Assembly (NCBI GenBank): GCA_002269645.1
Contig: NIVC01001027.1
Coordinates: forward strand, 1-64,000
Direction of reading: 5' to 3'
DNA length: 64,000 bases
From: Macrostomum lignano
Taxonomy: Eukaryota
Below are positions 60,301-64,000 of the stretch, piece after piece. Every line of letters starts with the position of its first letter. The stretch's first letter is position 1. A model generated the notes under the pieces. The model ran no database searches. It was not told the DNA's origin and worked only from the letters and a program-made list of their open reading frames with translations. The position numbers were made by a program, and so were the translations under genes.

Positions 60301-63300
60301 AGAGAGATTCTCCTTGAAACTATATTGAGATTCTTAGGGCGAGATTCTATTGAATATTCTCAGTTTGTCAGGGAGATGCTATACTGCTAGGACTGTTCTC
60401 ATTAAGATACAAGTAGATACTCAGTCAGACGCAATCGCCGTTGACTCACCAGCGAGTCCAGTCCCTCGCCAAGCAGATCCACGGGCTGCTGATTCGTAGA
60501 GGCAGAGGCGGCAGCCATGGCGGCGGCGGCGGTGGCCCCGCCAGACATGTCAATATCCAGCAGGTCCCCAATCAGCGACTCCTGCGTCGGTATGACACTG
60601 ACGGCGGGCCGTCCGGGAGCTCCGGTGCCGGCGCCAAAGTCGCCACCACCAGCACCAGCGGCGGCGGCAGCGGCTCCGCCAGCTTCAGCGGCCAGCCGGG
60701 ACGGCAAGCCTTTGGTCGCCTTGGCAACCTGGCCGCCGCCGCGACCGTCAACGAAAGCAGCGGGCGGCTTGTGATAGACGGACGCCAGGCTGCCAATGTG
60801 GCAGATCAGCTCGTCGAGCAGGTTCGGTTCCAGCAGGTCCGTCTCCTCGCTGATCAGCGGCTTCTCGGCGAGGACAACCTGCGGCGATGGTTGACGGGGC
60901 GGGGTCCGATTTGCGCTACTTTGAGGCCGTCTGAGCTAGTGCTTATCTGAGGGGAATGATAGTGCTTATCTGAGGGGAATGCTAGTGCTTATCTGAGGGG
61001 AATGATAGTGCTTATCTGAGGGGAATGCTAGTGCTGAGGGGAATGCTAGTGCTTATCTGAGGAGAATGCTAGTGCTTATCTGAGGGGAATGCTAGTGCTT
61101 ATCTGAGGGGAATGATAGTGCTGAGGGGAATGCTAGTGCTTATCTGAGGAGAATGCTAGTGCTTATCTGAGGGGAATGCTAGTGCTTATCTGAGGGGAAT
61201 GATAGTGCTTATCTGAGGGGAATGCTAGTGCTTATCTGAGGGGAATGATAGTGCTGAGGGGAATGCTAGTGCTTATCTGAGGGGAATGATAGTGCTGAGG
61301 GGAATGCTAGTGCTTATCTGAGGGGAATGATAGTGCTGAGGGGAATGCTAGTGCTTATCTGAGGAGAATGCTAGTGCTTATCTGAGGGGAATGCTAGTGC
61401 TTATCTGAGGGGAATGATAGTGCTGAGGGGAATGCTAGTGCTTATCTGAGGGGAATGATACTGCTGAGGGGAATGCTAGTGCTTATCTGAGGGGAATGAT
61501 ACTGCTGAGGGGAATGCTAGTGCTTATCTGAGGGGAATATTAGTGCTGAGGGGAGTCCTACACAGCCACATGAAGGGCCTGAAGGACATACTTAAGAGCC
61601 TAATTAAGAGCCATCTGAAGGGCTTACTTGAGAGCCACCTGAAGGGAATACATGAGAGCCACCTGAAGTGAATACATGAGAGCGACCCGAAGGACCTGAA
61701 GGGCATGTTTGAGAGCCACCTAAACGGAATACATGAGAGCCACCTGAAGTGAATACATGAGAGCGACCCGAAGGACCTGAAGGGCATGTTTGAGAGCCAC
61801 CTGAAGTGAATACATGAGAGCGACCCGAAGGACCTGAAGGGCATGTTTGAGAGCCACCTGAAGTGAATACATAAGAGCGACCCGAAGGACCTGAAGGGCA
61901 TGTTTGAGAGCCACCTGAAGTGAATACATAAGAGCGACCCGAAGGACCTGAAGGGCATGTTTGAGAGCCACCTGAAGTGAATACATGAGAGCGAACCGAA
62001 GGACCTGAAGGGCATGTTTGAGAGCCACCAGAAGTGAATACATAAGAGCGAACCGAAGGACCTGAAGGGCATGTTTGAGAGCCACCTGAAGTGAATACAT
62101 GAGAGCGAACCGAAGGACCTGAAGGGAATGTTTGAGAGCCACCAGAAGTGAATACATATGAGCGAACCGAAGGACCTGAAGGGCATGTTTGATTGAGAGC
62201 CACCAGAAGTGAATACATAAGAGCGACCCGAAGGACCTGAAGGGCATGTTTGATTGAGAGCCACCTGAAGTGAATACATGAGAGCGACCCGAAGGACCTG
62301 AAGGGCATGTTTGATTGAGAGCCACCTGAAGTGAATACATGAGAGCGACCCGAAGGACCTGAAGGGCATGTTTGATTGAGAGCCACCTGAAGTGAATACA
62401 TGAGAGCCAAATGAAGGACCTGGGGTGAATGCTACTATCGCCAGGAGCCCAGCAAAATTCTTGCGTTACCCGGGGAGTTGGTATGCAACCCTATGGACCC
62501 AAAGGTGGCAGTAGTGTGGTGAAAGGCCCTAGAGAATCTGTAGATAGTATCGGTAGAGACATAAACAAAAACCCTATTGAATCAAGAATGACGCAGCACC
62601 TGTTTAGCAGCGGCGGGATCTGTAGACAGCAGTCGCCAATAGATGTAGCCGCGATCCCGCAGGTCGGGATTATCAGCCTCCTGAGTAGCCAGACTCAGCG
62701 CCTGCTGTACCAGCTCCTGCGTATCCGTGGGCCGTTTTAGAAACAGCTTCACAACTGACGTGAGCAGCTGCAGCTGCACGGCAGTCTGCTCGTCGGCGAA
62801 GCCTTCTAAAAACGATTCAAGCAGCTCGTCGGCGTTGTCGATGCGTTCGGCGTATTCGCCGATGATCCAGATCATGGAGGCGCGGGCCTCCGGCTCGTCG
62901 AGGGTGTCCAAGTTTTCGCACAGGGTGCCAATGACGGACTCGTATTTGTTGGGATACTTGCGGAAAATGTCTTTGATGACTACGATGGCCTCTTGGACAA
63001 CGTAGTTCACCTTGGTCTGGATGAGATCCAGCAGGGTGCTGACGCAGCGCTCGGCAGCCGACTCGACTTTGATCGCGCAACGACCGATGGCGCGAACCTG
63101 GAGAAAATGTTTTATAGAATTAGGGGTTGATATGCAGCTGACAGTAGCTAAGCGTGTTGTTAGGACTGGGGGTCGCCACACACAGCCTCAATTACCCCAG
63201 CTAATGCTGGCACCCATTTTACAGCTGGGTGAACTGAAGCCATGCAGAGTTAAGTGTCTTGCTCAAGGACGCAGATTGTTTCAGTGGGATCGGGAATCGA

Positions 63301-64000
63301 ACCCTTGGCCTTTAAGTCGTGAGTCCGAGGCTCTAATCACTAGGCTACAACCCCCTCTAATAAGACTATCAGTAGTTGAAGTGCGTTGCTATGCAACTAT
63401 CAGTAGCTAGGTGCGTTGCTATGTCACTATCAGTAGCTAGGTGCGTTGCTATGCAACTATCAGTAGCTAGGTGCGTTGCTATGTCACTATCAGTAGCTAG
63501 GTGCGTTGCTATGTCACTATCAGTAGCTAGGTGAGTTGCTATGCAACTATCAGTAGCTAGGTGCGTTGCTATGCCACTATCAGTAGCTAGGTGAGTTGCT
63601 ATGCAACTATCAGTAGCTAGGTGAGTTGCTATGCCACTATCAGTAGCTAGGTGCGTTGCTAAGCAATTAAGTTGTTGTTACGCTTACGCAATCAAGCATA
63701 GTTTTAGTTCCGCAATACTTCTTTATAACACAACAAAGAAAAGTGATTACGTAATTGAGGTAGATTACATTATGAGCGTATTACGCAATTGAAAAGGCAG
63801 GTTTTAAGACTCCAATACTTATTAAGGTAACCATTTCTTTAATAATGCAGCCCTTAAACTCACCGCCTTGCGCACAAAGTCAACATCAACTTCCGTGGCG
63901 TATTCCTTCAATTCGGCCAGCACATTAGCAATATTAGCAGCAGAGGTCAGCCTGATGAGGATGTCCAGCTTCTCGAGTTTCACGTAGATCGGATCGTTGT
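57302..64000 (-). CDS. AP1B1/AP2B1: AP-1/AP-2 adaptor complex beta subunit (beta-adaptin), 3' half; continues beyond the window
   Basis: Exons >64000-63864 ([27 protein letters not shown]), 63097-62600 ([26 protein letters not shown]), 60878-60450 (VVLAEKPLI..hinge..GLDSL), 59075-58638 (appendage, FNKNSFGL), 57703-57302 ([18 protein letters not shown]). All phase 0, GT-AG. Confidence 0.96.
57795..58530. repeat. Composite 20/34-bp minisatellite (AGGATGGCGCCAAATCGATC; AGAATTACACTGAATCAATAAAGATGGCGCC)
   Basis: Last beta-adaptin intron; includes ~120-bp block duplications. Confidence 0.93.
59100..59400. repeat. ~20-bp AT-rich repeat (AAAAGTACACATGTACTAAAC-like)
   Basis: Beta-adaptin intron, next to the acceptor. 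Confidence 0.85.
59880..60360. repeat. Degenerate ~22-bp GAGATT-rich repeat
   Basis: Beta-adaptin intron; resembles the array at 29870-30215. Confidence 0.75.
60935..61555. repeat. 23/16-bp minisatellite (CTAGTGCTTATCTGAGGGGAATG; ATAGTGCTGAGGGGAATG)
   Basis: Beta-adaptin intron. Confidence 0.95.
61600..62420. repeat. ~57-61-bp minisatellite (GAGAGCCACCTGAAGTGAATACATGAGAGCGACCCGAAGGACCTGAAGGGCATGTTT)
   Basis: Beta-adaptin intron; source of three spurious long minus-strand ORFs with a 19-aa period. Confidence 0.95.
63131..63355 (-). mobile_element. SINE family A, intronic
   Basis: Minus strand GGGGGTTGTAGCCTAGTGATTAGAGC..GGTTCGATTCCC..GTCCTTGAGCAAGACACTTAACTCT..CAGCTGTAAAATGGG. Confidence 0.88.
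63365..63660. repeat. 30-bp minisatellite (CTATCAGTAGCTAGGTGCGTTGCTATGCAA)n
   Basis: About 10 copies in a beta-adaptin intron. Confidence 0.95.

Noticed and set aside
61524-62410. Three overlapping 200-280-aa minus-strand ORFs
   Set aside because: Stop-free frames of an intronic minisatellite inside beta-adaptin.

Overview
Eukaryotic (animal) genomic DNA with no prokaryotic features and no CRISPR array. GC-rich GT-AG exons separated by introns filled with minisatellites resemble a Macrostomum-type flatworm genome; this is an inference, not an identification. Host genes: the 3' part of a fibulin/hemicentin-like Ca-binding-EGF gene (+, 573-5782), two convergent orphan genes (7073-9739 +, ~10117-11105 -), a tandem-C2 synaptotagmin-like gene (+, 17563-27317), a choline transporter-like SLC44/CTL1 gene (-, 29324-37698, 8 exons), and the 3' half of the AP-1/AP-2 beta-adaptin gene (-, 57302 to >64000). 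Mobile elements: a Phantom-type Mutator one frameshift from intact, a decayed Mag-like Gypsy (both LTRs, 5-bp TSD) inside the synaptotagmin intron with a SINE nested in pol, two tRNA-derived SINE families (one with a CORE-like domain), an LTR/PBS remnant, a four-level nested DNA-transposon stack (44765-48121), and a THAP/P-superfamily element with 116-bp TIRs carrying a MITE. About 30 distinct tandem arrays occupy introns and spacers. The most unusual observation is a bounded ~8 kb domain (~37950-45900) almost stripped of CpG and enriched in TpA. Paired TIR and SINE comparisons show one-sided C-to-T decay there, suggesting local methylation-driven or RIP-like mutagenesis. All exon boundaries and counts were read by hand.
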